Shown here: in pieces, positions 12,382-25,229 of the stretch | How positions within the stretch are numbered: position 1 is the first letter of the stretch | How the letters are laid out: every line of letters begins with the position of its first letter | Assembly: GCF_009834535.1 (NCBI RefSeq) | Contig: NC_045697.1 | Coordinates: 29,700,001-29,764,000, forward strand | Origin: Camelus ferus | Lineage: Eukaryota | Length of the DNA stretch: 64,000 nt | Reading direction: 5' to 3' | Program-made: the position numbers and the translations under genes | The notes under the pieces: model-generated | The model's input: only the letters and a program-made list of their open reading frames with translations | Database searches by the model: none | What the model was told of the DNA's origin: nothing

Positions 12382-15300
12382 ACTCACCCCCCACCCCCTA
12401 ACAGCAACTCAGACTAAAGGTGAATAATACGAATTCCATGAGTAAATTATTCGTAAACTTCCTCTAGTGCTTTATCAAGGCCCATCCTGGAGGGCATGAT
12501 ACAGCAGAGGTCCAAACCAAACTGGCTATAACACAAATCTTAGTTCTGTGGCTTTAACTCCATCAGCATTTCCTAGAATCACCAACCCTGAATTGCTAAA
12601 GCGTGCTATTTTGGCAGAAAGAGGCCTGCACGCGATGAAACAAACACCAAGATCTGTCATTTTGAGGCCCTGCTTGCTAAAATTGACATTTCAGTCACTT
12701 GTCCTTTCTGCTCTCTCAGAAACTCATCTTTCATCTTGATGCTTTCCTTGTCATTCTTGGGCTATAATTCAAAAATAGTTGCTGGTTCCCAGAGCACTTT
12801 CAAAATTAGCTGCTTCTCAGCTCCTGAGACCTTGGGTCTGTTCCAGTGACTTGACATTCCTGGAAGGCCCAGAGGCCCCATCAGCCCACCCACAAGCTCC
12901 AGTCTGGCCCAGTCTCCACGACTCAGCTTCATCCTGAGGGTAGAGCTCTCTCCATCTCAGGCCCAGATTCCCAGACTGATCAATTTCATGGACCATTAAG
13001 CTGCCAAATAAAAATATTCCCATCAATTCATATCTGAAATCTTACCCCCTAACAGAATGGTATAATCCCAGAGAAAACAACACATCTTTTTATTGGAACA
13101 CACTTATGAAATATTCACTACATGGTCATCATTATCACTTGGATAAGGATGGAGGAAACATCACCAACAGACAGCAGTCCTAGCACTGTGATGTGCGTGT
13201 ATTAGACACTCAGTTACTTATAAATTGTGTAGAAGCTGAGATCTGATTCATAGGGCAGCGATTTGGGAAATGCTACATTCCACACCACTAGTAATGCCAA
13301 GCCTTCTTTTTTCAACAACAGCATTCCCCATCACTCTCTGGAGTTCTGCAGGTTCTCCTCAACCTCATCCTTCTAAAAGCACACTTCTCCTAGCTCACTT
13401 CCAAAAGTGCATTCTTTTTAGTCAACTTGAAAAGGAAAAAGAAAAAAAAAAAAAAAAAAAAAAAAACCACGCTTCCTCCCACTCCAAGCATTCCTGAAGC
13501 ATACTTTCCAGTCGAGTTACACTTCAAAAACCTATTATTACCTAGCGGACAAAATTTTGCACGATTTCCCCAAGAGACAAAGGACAGAATGGTTTGCTTT
13601 ATTTATAACCACTATCAAATCATTAACAAACAATGAAGAAAAACTCTAATCCGTAATTCCAAACCATTCATTGTTTCCATCATTGTCCATATGAACCTGC
13701 AAATTTTATATACCAATCAATGATACACTGTCACTTTTTTCCTGATTATAAAAATGATGCCTGTCTGAGCATTTGCTCAATGCTTAGAAGACTAGCTAAG
13801 ATTCAAATATTATGGAAATAAGATTGTGTAGAAAATAAATGTCTCCTGTAACTACACGCAATGGCCTCTAATACCTTCAAACCCGTCAGGGCTTCTTTCT
13901 TCTTGTCAAATTGTGATGACTTGATCTTCCACCCTCCGTGTGCCTCCTCTCTTCCAGCTCTCATCTGGTGTTGGGAGTTACTGCCCGACTCCTACCAGGG
14001 GCCCAGCAATCTCAGAGCCCGGTTATGATCAGAAGCAGTAGACTCACTGTCTACTTATTATCACTTATTTAAATGCTGATAACTCTGGCTTCTCATCACC
14101 TGCCTCAAAGGTTAATGAGGCTGAGTTTTGTGAGCATCTTAAAAGCAAAATACAAAAAAGAAAAACAAAAAAGCAAAATACACTGCAAATACCAAATAGG
14201 ATAGGTTTCCTTGGCTCTCTGCCCCATCATCATAGCTTGCCCCAGCACCCCCAAAAAAGTTCACGTAGGTGCATTCCAACAGCTATCACTCCTGCTATAG
14301 CAGCAGCCAACCATGGGCACCTGCTCAAAAGAGTAATGACACTAACATGAAATAATGTTAATTTTATTCCAGAGGCCAAGGGCTGCATTTCTGGTCAAGA
14401 GCTGAAGAGACAGCACACGGACATGGGGAAAAGCTTGCCAAAATTTTACGTGGGTGGGCCCTAGCAACCAAGGCACAGGACACTCCTCTGCAGCCCCAGA
14501 GGAAGCTTCTTTCTCAGATGATCTAAGTGCCCAAGAGCAGAATCTCCCCTCAGAAGATGCTATAAAACTGTTTCAAGTATCTAAACAGCTTTACCCAAAT
14601 CAAGCATTAACTTATCTCCTACCTAAACTTGGCAGCATCACAGAGTTAATTTTATGCCAACCATTCTTTGACAAATTAAAAACTAAAAGGGATGTAGGAA
14701 CTGGCCAAAAAGGAAAGGTATTCCACAAAGCACGACAGGCCAGACTTAGTCCCATCTTTTCAAATGGCTGCATCACAGATCCTTTTACTGAGACAAGAAG
14801 GCCCAACAGAAGCCCAGAGGGTGCATTCTACTGCAACTCCTTCATTTTACAGATAGGAAAACTGAGACCCAAAGAGGTGGACTGACTTTCTCAAGGCTAC
14901 AGAGTAAATTTAAGTAGCGGATGACCCCTGGCCCAGAAATAAGTCTTGGGAGTCCCTGGCTGGAGATCTTTCCACCAAATCCCACCTGACTCTTTATCTA
15001 AAGTGGAGAGTCTGTCCCTCTGCCTGTGACAAAACATTTCAACCAAAAGAAACACCATCAACACATGTCAACACGCAGAATATGCACTAATACGTACAAT
15101 TAAAATGGGTAATCTGGGCTTAACTTCCTTAAGTTTATTTGTTGGTAGTACAACACTGCTGAAGACAAATGAACATAAAACAGTTTTTTAAATCTGCACA
15201 GAAGCTTCTAAAAAACATTCAAATCATTTGAGACATGCTGTTCCAATCAAATCTAATTCTAAATAACAAACCAAATATGTTTTAGAAGCGAATGCTTACT

Positions 15301-17179
15301 GAATAATAATGAAACCAGTTGAAGTTAGTCTCATATGAGATGAAACTTTCAAGTTCTATTGCTGTGCAAGCAGAGGACTGCCCCCCTCCTCAGAGGGATT
15401 TTTCTTGGGAAGCTGAAATTTATGTCAAAGATACGGACACATAAGATAATATATGTAAGAAGCTGAGTATCAGACTTGACACACAGTAAGTATTGAACAA
15501 ACCCTAGTTTCCTTAACATGGAACAAAAAAATAAGTATCACCTCCATAACTAGTAATACTTTCTTACAATACTCTCCTAAAAGTCTGTCCTATGCCCCTG
15601 GAAAACTTCAGGTGTTATATCAGCAGGGTATTGGCTATTTTAATAGCATAACTGAAGAAGGTATAGAAACACAACATTCCATTTCTCTTAAAAGATAAAT
15701 TTAGATACTGTGAAATCAGGGTAATCAGCGTAACACTGTTTTAGTATAATGGTAAGCCTTTCAAGTATTAATTCCTGATTGATTCATGATTAATAAAAAA
15801 GAAAAAGGGGGTGGAATTCAATGTTTGTTTCTCTGTTGGCAGGGAAAGAAAATAGTCATTAAAAAGTTGAAACATGACATAAAAAAGAGTTAACAGCTTA
15901 CAGTATTCTATCTTTGTACATGTGGATTCTTACACCATTTAGTAGTCTTTCCCTAAATAATTTTTCAGTCAGTATTCTGGTTACTCCAGTTATCTATAAA
16001 ACGCCAGTATTTTACACTTCAGCGCACTGAGTTTTCTACTACCACTTTATAAAAGTTTTAGAAAGTGGGACTGTGCTGACTCCTTGCAGGTGAATTATTA
16101 ATTAAAAGTATCCTTTTGAAGAGAGAATGAAAGTATGTTAAAAACACCTTCCCTGGAAAAGGATCTCAACTTTAGAGTCCTTTCTCAAAAGTTCTGAGCA
16201 AGCATCTAGACCAAACCCAGCTTATAAAGACCCTGAATGATTTTTCGGGGTCATCCAATAAGTTAACGACCAAGGGACAGCTACAGAAATTTTGCATCTG
16301 TTTTCTCCCTGGAGTTCCAACTACAAGCCCATTGTATTCTACCGCCACCTGTGTTCTCAGCATTTCCCCCAGCGTGGAGGTTCCCCATCCTCTCCACCAA
16401 TGCCTTGTTTTCAAAACAGTGCCATTTCCAGGACTCTGCAAGTTACAATAAACAACTGCTGAGTAAATACTGCTTTCAAGCAAACTAAAAACACAACAAA
16501 GCGGCTACCTAAGTTCATAAAGAAATCCCCCTTCCTGAAAGGTCTGCTACACGAATTCAGATATTCTTAATTGTCATAGCCATTTGAGGACAAGATTTTA
16601 AAACCATGGTGGGGGGGTAGTCAAAGACTTAAGGGACAAAAACCAGAACAATGGATCAGGAAAGCCACTGTTTGCTTTTTAAATCAGTGAAATGTTAAAA
16701 CAAATGTCAAACCAAGGCCAACCTCACAAAGTTTCCTCATTTCTTGGAATTCAAACACCACTGCTGGCAGCATTTTATGACAACCCTTTAAATATTTTAC
16801 CTAAGTCATCAGGCGCAACATAAAGCGGGTGACTGAGGGACTTCTTAAAACTGGGTCCAGTCTTGTCTGAGCTTCGGACACTGACCTTAATGCTGGCCCT
16901 CCCCAACCACTCAGTCCATCCACTACAGTCTGTGACAGTCGTGGCTTAAACTGAGCAGAGCTTGACTACAAAACGACCACAACTCGAAATCTGATTTCTC
17001 CAATTTCTCATTAATTTTTTAATTCAAGCCCCACGCTCTTTCGGCCTTTCGCCCCTGACCCCTCAGTTCTAGATCCCTTCGCCTACGTCAAGATCACCTT
17101 TCATTGTTCCTATGGGACCCCGCTTCCCTATCCCCGTCCAGCAATGTTTTCCTAGCACAAATGTCATTTCTAGCGTTCA

Positions 17180-18330
17180 ACCCTCCATTCCGCCCGGCGG
17201 GCAGCAGAGTGGCTTTCAAGACCAGCTTCCCTGATTCGGTCCCCTTCGCACAGCCATTTTCTAGTTAAAACGCTCCCCGCCTCAGAGGGAGAAATGAACT
17301 TTTCCCCGTTTGATCTCGCGGCGTCCAGGCTCTGAACCCCCGAGAAGCCAGCCGGGTCTTCAACTCCCCGACAAGAGCGCGCTACCGCCCCAGCCGCACA
17401 GCGGAGGCCGGTGCCAGGGCAAGGGGGTGTGCGCTCTTCCCCGCGGCGCCCACCCTCACTTTTCCCTTCCGCAGCCCCTATCCCGGCGCACCCCCTCCAA
17501 CCCTGTCTCCCCAGCCCCAGGCCCTGTCGACCCCCGGCTGCCGAGGAAAAGACGGCGCCGAGAAGCCGGAGGGATGGAGTCAAGGAGTGAGCCCGCAGTC
17601 GCCGTGCCACCGGCCCTGCGGCGCGGGCGCAGGGCGAACGGGACTCCGCAGCGGATGCCCGCTGCAGATGCGGTGGCAGCTGCTGCAGCTGTGGCTGCGG
17701 CTGGGCGGGCGGCAGTGGCCGCGCAGCCCTCGGGGCCGGGAGGAGAGGAGCAGCCGCCAGTGCTACGCGCAGCCACTCGCCGATGCCGATGCCGCAGCCC
17801 GGGTCTCTCACCAGCACTCCCGGGCAGCCCCGGGGTCCAGGGCAAAAGCAAAGGAGAAAGCAGGGCTCACCGGCGGTGCGCGCGGCGTCCGCCTCGGCTC
17901 CGGCGCCCGTCAGCTCTGCTCCAGTCTCGCCCAGCCAGGAGCGCCAGAATCAGCTGCGGGTGCAGCGCACGAGCTTCCTACTTGAGACCTGGACGGGCTC
18001 CGGAGACTGAGCATGCCCAGTGCCGCTCCGCGAGTCCCGCGCAGGGAGCGGCGCCGGCGAGATTCCACTTCTCCAGGCTTTGGCGGCGGCTGCGCATAGA
18101 GGCTGGAGGGGCCCGACCGGGCGGGGGCCGATCCCGAGAAAGGCGGGGCCGGGGGCGGGAGCCGGGGAGGAGGGGGCGGGCCGCGCTCCTAGTGCGACCC
18201 CTGCAGGCAGAGGCTTCGGAGCCTCTCGGACTAAGGTTCCCTCATCTGAGAAGATGACAGGGAGGCAACGCGGGCCAGGGAGCTGAGCCCCAACGCGATG
18301 CAGCCCGGCATACCCTCCAAGTGGCCCGGC
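17180..18330 (-). promoter_or_regulatory. APBB2: CpG island, probable APBB2 promoter and non-coding first exon (divergent from UCHL1)
   Basis: Very GC/CpG-rich; GC boxes at 18120-18182; minus-strand donors CCG|GTGAGC (exon end 17871) and CTG|GTGAGA (exon end 17812). Gene identity from recalled conserved APBB2-UCHL1 head-to-head synteny at about 40-45 kb spacing, not from coding sequence. Confidence 0.7.
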
Positions 18331-18754
18331 GTCTGTCTGCACCAAAAGGCAGTTGGGTAACCTTATCTCTGGCTAGTCTTTTCTCCCACACGTCTGCACT
18401 CCCTTATAATGGGAAAATGTCCTCAGATGAGAACTGCCCACGCCTACCGAGCTGCAACTTGTAGGCGAGTTGTCCTTTCTTCTGCCTCCCTATCTAGAAG
18501 CCCAGGCAAATCACACACACACACCATTCCTTGATTTAAAAATCACAGCAAGATCACCTCAAGGGAGAAACACACCTGCAGGAAAGGAAAGGCATCATTT
18601 CCTTTTCACCTCCAGGAACATTAACTGTAACTCAAATTTAAACAGACAAGCAAGGTCCTGATAAGAGAATACTCAGTAAGTAGTAATCAGTGCTCTGCCC
18701 CAGATCCTGGGAATGACATCCCCAAAGCATCCTTAGGGTTGTTCTTCACCAATG

Positions 18755-18941
18755 CAGTGGTTTTGGAACTTGAACCTGCGTCAGAATCGTCCAGAGGGTT
18801 TCTGTAAACACGGATTCCTGGGTCCCACTCCCAGAGTCTCTGAACGAGAAGGTCTGTGGTGTGGCCCAAGCATCTGTACATCCAGCTTCCCAGGTGATGC
18901 TGGTGATGCTGGTCTGGGAACTACACCTTCGAGAATCACTG
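18755..18941. mobile_element. MER5A, opposite orientation to the 8303 copy
   Basis: cagtggttt...gagaatcactg terminal inverted repeats; ttcccaggtgatgctggtgatgctggtctggg. Confidence 0.8.
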
Positions 18942-19719
18942 TTCTACATATGCACACAGCCACACCTAGGATGTCCTTCAGGAGGATTATGCTAAAAGTA
19001 AATTTATAGTAACTGCAAAGTAATGGCTCCTCCTCACTCATCCTCTTCCCCAAACCTCCAGAATACACTCCTTCTCCAAACAGCAAACTCACACCTCGCC
19101 AGTCTCTATTCTTCATGAGAGTACTCTATGAGGTTGGGGCCGGTGTTACTTTTTTCCTTCAAACATCATAAATTTATTGAGGACCCACAAAGTCTTATAG
19201 TTAGCCTAGGGGTAACAGTGAATAAAAAAGCCCAGACCCCTGCCTTCACAGAGCTTAGTCCAATGAGGTGGAGCAGACATCCACTAAACAATCACTCAAA
19301 AATGTCATTTCAAACATGAAAAGCGCCAGGAGGGAAATCTACTAAGTGTATATAAAAGGGTGTATAATGGGACCCTGACGCAGACTCGAGTAGCGTTGGA
19401 AGGAGTGTTGGGGGAAGATGCCTCATAGAAGGAGGGGTTTCTGCATTTGCACTCCAAAACCGCTCCCGTGAACAATTTCCCTCAGACCCATCTGGAGGCC
19501 AACTGTCATATCGCTCTTCATATCGCTCCTTCCGGCAACACAAAAACAATATTGCCACTGAGAAATCCCTATAAATACATGAAAGTGCTCATCCTTGGGG
19601 CTGTCTCTGCACCCCAAGACCCACCTATGGAGCCCGTGTACCACATACAGTCGGAGGCCGCAGTTTAATCCACTTTTGGAAAATGCACTCTGAATTTAAA
19701 AGCCTTCTAGTTCTAGCCT

Positions 19720-20530
19720 ATATCCTTACCGCCAACAGAGGCGAGGAAATTAGCTCAAGACTATCCCATCCCTCAGCAAGAAGGACGGGACCGGCCACCA
19801 GCCTTTCAGGCAGGTCCTCTTTCCGCAGGTACTCTATTCCCTCGGACCCCACAGCTCCTCGGGTCTCCCCAGAAGTCCGGCCTGGCCACCCCCTCTCTTA
19901 GGGTCCCGGGGCGGTAAACAGCGCCCTTCCCTCCCGGCTGGGTCTCCTCTGGACCCGGAGGAAAACCCGCGGTGGAGTCCTCGGCTGGCGGGGCGGGGCG
20001 GGGCGACGCGCGCAGGCGCAGTGGCCGCCAGGTTGGGCCGAGGAGGCGCCCGGCTCCACACCTGATGCAATCAGCCTTCCGGAAACGGGCCCGGCGGCCG
20101 CGCTCACGCAGGAAGCGCTTCTGCGCCCTCCCCCGGCCGCTGCGGCCTCCGCCTGGCTTCCGAGCCTCCTCGCCGCCCGGCTTCGCCCGGGGCGGAGGGC
20201 GACGTTCGGCATCCCACTGGGAACCCGCAGGAAGAGTCGGGAAGTCACCGCCAGAAAAAGCGAAATCCTTGGCTGCCCTAATAGTGACGTGGAAACGGCC
20301 ACCGAACGTTCCATGGCTGCAGGAGGAAATTCCCTTAATTATGTATTTCCAGAAAGGATGGGCTCGGGTGGGGGAGCTTTTAACCTTCCTTTGCTTTCTT
20401 GCTTCCTCCTTCGTCCTCCTCCCGAGACACAGCTTCTTTCTTCCTTACGGAAAGGGACGTTTATAGTAGTAGCCGTTTTAAGGCAGTGTGGGGAAGACTC
20501 CCTGATGCCACCCCTTCCCGTGTTGCGCCC
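19720..20530. promoter_or_regulatory. Second CpG island, probable alternative upstream promoter or enhancer
   Basis: CpG-rich; tandem GC boxes ggggcggggcggggc near 19990, NRF1-like GCGCAGGCGCA near 20010, ETS-like TTCCGGAA near 20077, TGATGCAAT 20063-20071, TGACGTGG 20285-20292, GGAAATTCCC 20325-20334. Confidence 0.7.
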
Positions 20531-21676
20531 CCCACCTCCCCCCGTCTTGCTTCATTTGTAACAGCACGTTATCTCTGCTACATAAAGCGTTCCACCAAGC
20601 ACTCATTTTATAAATAAGTAATTGGTTTCTCTATACCTCATTTCAGTTTACAAAGAAAGTCATTTCTCGTTTCACCACCTCATGCAATTTTGATATCTAT
20701 TGTGAGTGGATTTTTTTTCCTTCCATGCTGACTCACCCATGAATTGTTTTCCAAGGAAATGAAATATTCCAAAAGAATGTTTATAAAAAGCATGGAAGCA
20801 AAAATTAACTCTGTAAGTCCTTTAGGACCAAAGAGGGAAAGAAAAGGCAGATTCTAGGAATTTTAGTTGAAAGGATACTTAGATCATTCTAGAATCAAGT
20901 CTGGATCAACTCTTAGATGTTACAGAGGACCTCTCTGTAACTTTTCCTTACTTAACAGACCAATCAGCAGAACTGACCCTTGAATACGGATTTGACATCT
21001 CAGTCTAATGAAAAAATATATTTGTTATTTGCACAAACACTATACAAAGTGGAAGACTGTATTACAATGCTGTTTTTATTTCTTCAGTCCAAAGATTACA
21101 AAGTACAAAATGGGGGCAACAAAAAGAGATCCTATTACTTATGCCTACTTCTGAAATCATTGGTCTTTAAATAGTCCTTGATGTATCCAACCACTATACA
21201 ATCTATCCAGCTATTTCTAAGATAACCAGAGGCAAGGCATTAAATATTTCAATTACAGTGGAATGGAATTCTTCAGAAATTCCAGACATGAAGAAATCTT
21301 TTAAGTCAACATTTAGAGCGTCTAGTGTTTTCGCTTGATCATGTGGTGTATGAACTGTTCGAGGTTAAACCAAGGGAATTTTAATGATCACAACAAAATG
21401 CTAGGATTATGATCTGCCACTGTACTGGTTAAAAATACTTTAACAAAATGGAAATCAAAGTGAGATACAAAAATAACTGCAAAACTCATACCTACAATAA
21501 GAACTTTTCAGAACCCTATCTACTTTTTTATCTTGATGAATGTGTATTTCTCTTTTGGAATGTTCTGACATTTAGAGATCTGGATAATACCTTTACTTAC
21601 ACAAAAATAGAGTCAAATGAATGTCAAAATGCAGAGGTGTAAAGTACAAATTCATCACAATCAGGTACTAGTTACA

Positions 21677-21920
21677 GACTAGCTAACCTTTATTGAGTGC
21701 TCAGCCTGTGCCAGACACTGGCTAAGGGTTTTACATAGGTTATTTAACTTAATCTCACAATTACCGTATGAGTTAGGTACTATTGTTATCCCTATGTTAT
21801 TAGGTAATAGAAGTGAAGTTTGAGAATGTGGAGTCACTAACTCAAGGCACCACAAACCCATTCAGTGGCAGAACTGGGATTTGAACCATGGTGTTTGCCT
21901 GGAGCTTGAACTCTTAAATA
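21677..21920 (-). mobile_element. MIR
   Basis: tttattgagtgct..tgtgccagacactg..aatctcacaa..taggtactattgttatccc..cagaactgggatttgaacc. Confidence 0.72.
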
Positions 21921-22217
21921 ACATTTTATACAGAAAAATGTAAATACAGAGAAAAGGATTGCGATTTTTGTCTCACATAGAAAAGGTATTGTACTTACTC
22001 TCCTTCCAAAGATAGGACCTCATAAGATTACTTTGTTGTCTACAGTAGGAAAGAACTTGTTCCTAAGTAATGAATTATAGTCCCCAAACTTAGACCAATC
22101 TTACCCACAGATATAAGGCAGATAATCAAATACCTAGTGACTTGGGGATGGGGGGTGCCAACAAGGCCTCCCCTCTGATGGACTGTCTCCATGTCTAGCT
22201 GGTTCCTTTAGTCCTAA

Positions 22218-22423
22218 ACTATCCAATATGGTATCCAACATGGCACTAGCCACATATGGTTATTTAATTTATATTAATTAAAACTAGAATTAAAATTTCA
22301 GTTCCTCAGTCACATTAGCCCCAAGTGTTCAACAGCTACATGGGCTAATGGCTGCAGTCCTGGACAGTGCAAGTATAAAATACTTCCAACACTACAGAAA
22401 ATGTTATTGGACAGTGCTGCTCT
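22218..22423. mobile_element. MER3/MER33-type hAT MITE
   Basis: tccaatatggta..cactagccacat..ttcagttcctcagtcaca..ttattggacagtgctgctct. Confidence 0.78.
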
Positions 22424-22769
22424 CATCCTTTATCCCAACAGTGTCAAGACTTTAATCTCTCCTCATACTTCACCATTCCTCCTCTGAGAGGAACCATGTT
22501 TCTAGCTCTGTCTAGTTTTTCCCTGAGTTTGAGTCTTATTTTTCCAAATTAAAACTATTATGTTGAATACTATCATGGAAAGATACGGGCTTTGCAGTAA
22601 GATCTTATCTCAATCCCAGCTCTTTTATTTACCATTTCTGTGACCTTGGGCAAGTTACTCAACTTCACTGAACCTTGATTTTCTTATCTAGAAAATGAAC
22701 ATCTTAATCTTTTTATCATCAGTTTGTTTAGGGTTAAGTGAAATAACACATGTAAATCATCTGGTAAGC

Positions 22770-23460
22770 CTCACAGAGCTTTCCTTCCTTCTATTCCTAT
22801 TTCAGTTATTGACATCACCAATTACTCAGGTTGCCAAACTAGAAATCTCAGTTATCTGCGTTTCTTCCTTCCTCTTCAAACACCCTCATCAAATTAGTCA
22901 TCAAGCTCTGTAGCTTCCATCTTGGGGATGTTTCTCAAATCTGGGCCCTCCCCTCTGTTCCACTCCCACTGTCCTCACTGGCTTCTCATGCACTATTTCA
23001 GTATCCTGCTAACTGACCTCAGCGACACTCATCACTCAAAGTGCAAGCACTTCCTTCCTTCTGCCAGTGATCCTTCTAAAAAAAGATGCCGATGATGTCA
23101 CTCCTCTCATTAAAAACATTGATGACTTCCAGTTGCTTAAGGATAATAAAAACTACTAAACCTAAGGACTCACAGAACCACCCCCAACACCCGTTCCATT
23201 TCAAACCTACATTTGGACTCTACCATCAATCTCCTTTTCGGCTACCCCTCCCCCCACCTCCACACCCCCACCACTACACCCCCTGCACCAAAAACCAATG
23301 CTTCCTGAAGCATTCCTGGAACAGGTAATGTCCTTTCTTGTCTCTGCCCTTGCACACACCCTTCTCAGGCTGAACTCACCCTTTCATGTCTTCTTTACCT
23401 GGCAAAATCCTTTGTATTCTTTCTTATTACATCTTCTATAAAAGCTTAGTCAACTCCCCT
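22770..23460. mobile_element. LINE-2 fragment (opposite orientation to the 52690 copy)
   Basis: catcaccaattactcaggttgccaaa..ctcatgcactattt..tcctgctaactg..gatgtcactcctctcattaaaa. Confidence 0.55.
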
Positions 23461-24619
23461 AGGAAAATGTGGTGACTAGCTCATCCGTGATGCCACAGAT
23501 TAAAGAGTGTAGATGCTGTATTTGGGCTACCTGGGTTTAAATACTGGTTGCACCACAATCCCACTGGTGGTTTTGGGAAAGTGACTTACCCTCTCCCAAC
23601 CTCACTTTCCTCATCTGAAAAAGCTGATAATCATAGCATGTACAACTTTGTACTGTTGACAGTATATACTGAGATAATGCACATAAAGCTCATAATAATT
23701 TGCCTGTCTCGAGGTAAGCATTCAACATATAGTGCCTTAAAATTATTACTGTTATGGTTAGTATTTATCTATTTTATCTTTTTGTCTCTATGTGGCTTTT
23801 TTTACATTATAATTGAAAAAATTTTACAGTTCACATTTATATTTAACTTTACATTGTTAAAAAAGGTTTTATTACAGAAGTAATTGATAATCATTGAACA
23901 AAATTTAGGAAACAATGATAACAAATGAAAAAGATGAAATTCTGTATTGTTTGAGACACTTCTTGGTTGCAAACAAAGCGAACCCTCCCTCTCTAGTTAA
24001 TTTATCCAGAAAGATATTACAGGAGGGTTGTCAAGTAACCCACTGCATCAACATATAGATGGAGACTTGGTTCAGAAAAGGATCCAGATCTATAGAAGAC
24101 TGGCAGCAAACAACACAGACCAGACTATGGCACACTGTGTTGCCATTGGCTTCACTCCACTGGGCCGCTTGCTGTGGCCACTATTCCTGGACCTTTGCAA
24201 CTTAGCATCACATTCTCCCTATTCAAGTTCACAGGTGGAACTACCCAAGGTCACATGCCCATCCCTCAGCAACTAGAAGGCAAAGAGACGGAATGTTTGC
24301 CTCCCTTCAGATTCCCTGTTGGGAAGTGGGGCTCTCCCACAAGCCAAACTCATACAATAGAGGAATTCACCAAAAATGGAAAGAGGGTTTTACCCCTCCC
24401 CAACTCTTCCACCCTGTGATGCTTTACTCATACTTGATCACTCATTGGCAAATATGTACTTCCGTATTTTTGTGCCTTTGCTTATGCTGTTCACTTTGCC
24501 TGGAATATACTCCCTGCTTCACATGTTGACCCACTCCAACCTCCTTCACCTTGTCCACTTTTCAAAATCATAGTCACTCTTCAAAGGCCAAAATTGCTTC
24601 TTGAATCTACTGCACAGGC

Positions 24620-25229
24620 TATGAAACCAAGCAGGACCCAGTGGGGCCCTCTTAGATACAAAAGCCCCTCTGTATCCCCCATTTCTTGCTTGTAGAAAAA
24701 GTCTTTAGTCTCCTAGGCCTTCCTTGTTCCAAAGAGCAGGAAGAAGCAGTTACTGATTAGGGAAGTGAAGGAATGCAGAAACAAAGGAAAAGCAGTTAAA
24801 ACAAGAAAAGTAATGACAATAATTTAGCAATGACAACCTAGTTCCTCCTCAAGGGATACACATTACAATCTGACAATCTTTAAGTTGTTCTGCAGGAACT
24901 AAGACACATCCCCACCCAGGTGGAGGATGCTGTCCACAAGCATGTAGACCCCAGAATGGTTGGAACCAGAAGGTTCATGATTAAGATTCCTAGAACCTCA
25001 CCCTGTTACCTCATCAACCAATGCACCCTGCAGCCCTCACCTCAAACATTGCCTTTAAAAACCCCAACCTGAAAGGCATCGTGGAGTTCAGGTCTTAAAG
25101 CATAAGCCACGGCTACTCCTTGCTTGGTGCCCTGCAAATAAACACTATGCTTTCCTTCACCACAATCCAAAGTCAGTAAACTGGCTTTTTGTTTAGTGGG
25201 TGAGCAGCCCCAAGTTTGGTTCGGTAACA
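24620..25229 (+). mobile_element. Solo ERV1-type LTR (artiodactyl family)
   Basis: About 610 bp; TATA-like ctttaaaa near 25053, AATAAA at 25137-25142, terminus ttcggtaaca; TSD not clearly resolved. Confidence 0.7.

Noticed and set aside
1..17100. Internal APBB2 exons (isolated minus-strand donor-like sites near 1061 and 10212)
   Set aside because: No paired splice sites with recognisable APBB2 peptide; the region is consistent with a long first intron.
17170..18345. Long overlapping ORFs on both strands (315 aa, 215 aa and others)
   Set aside because: Low-complexity Arg/Pro/Ala/Gly translations typical of stop-poor CpG islands; no recognisable domain and no resemblance to APBB2 protein.
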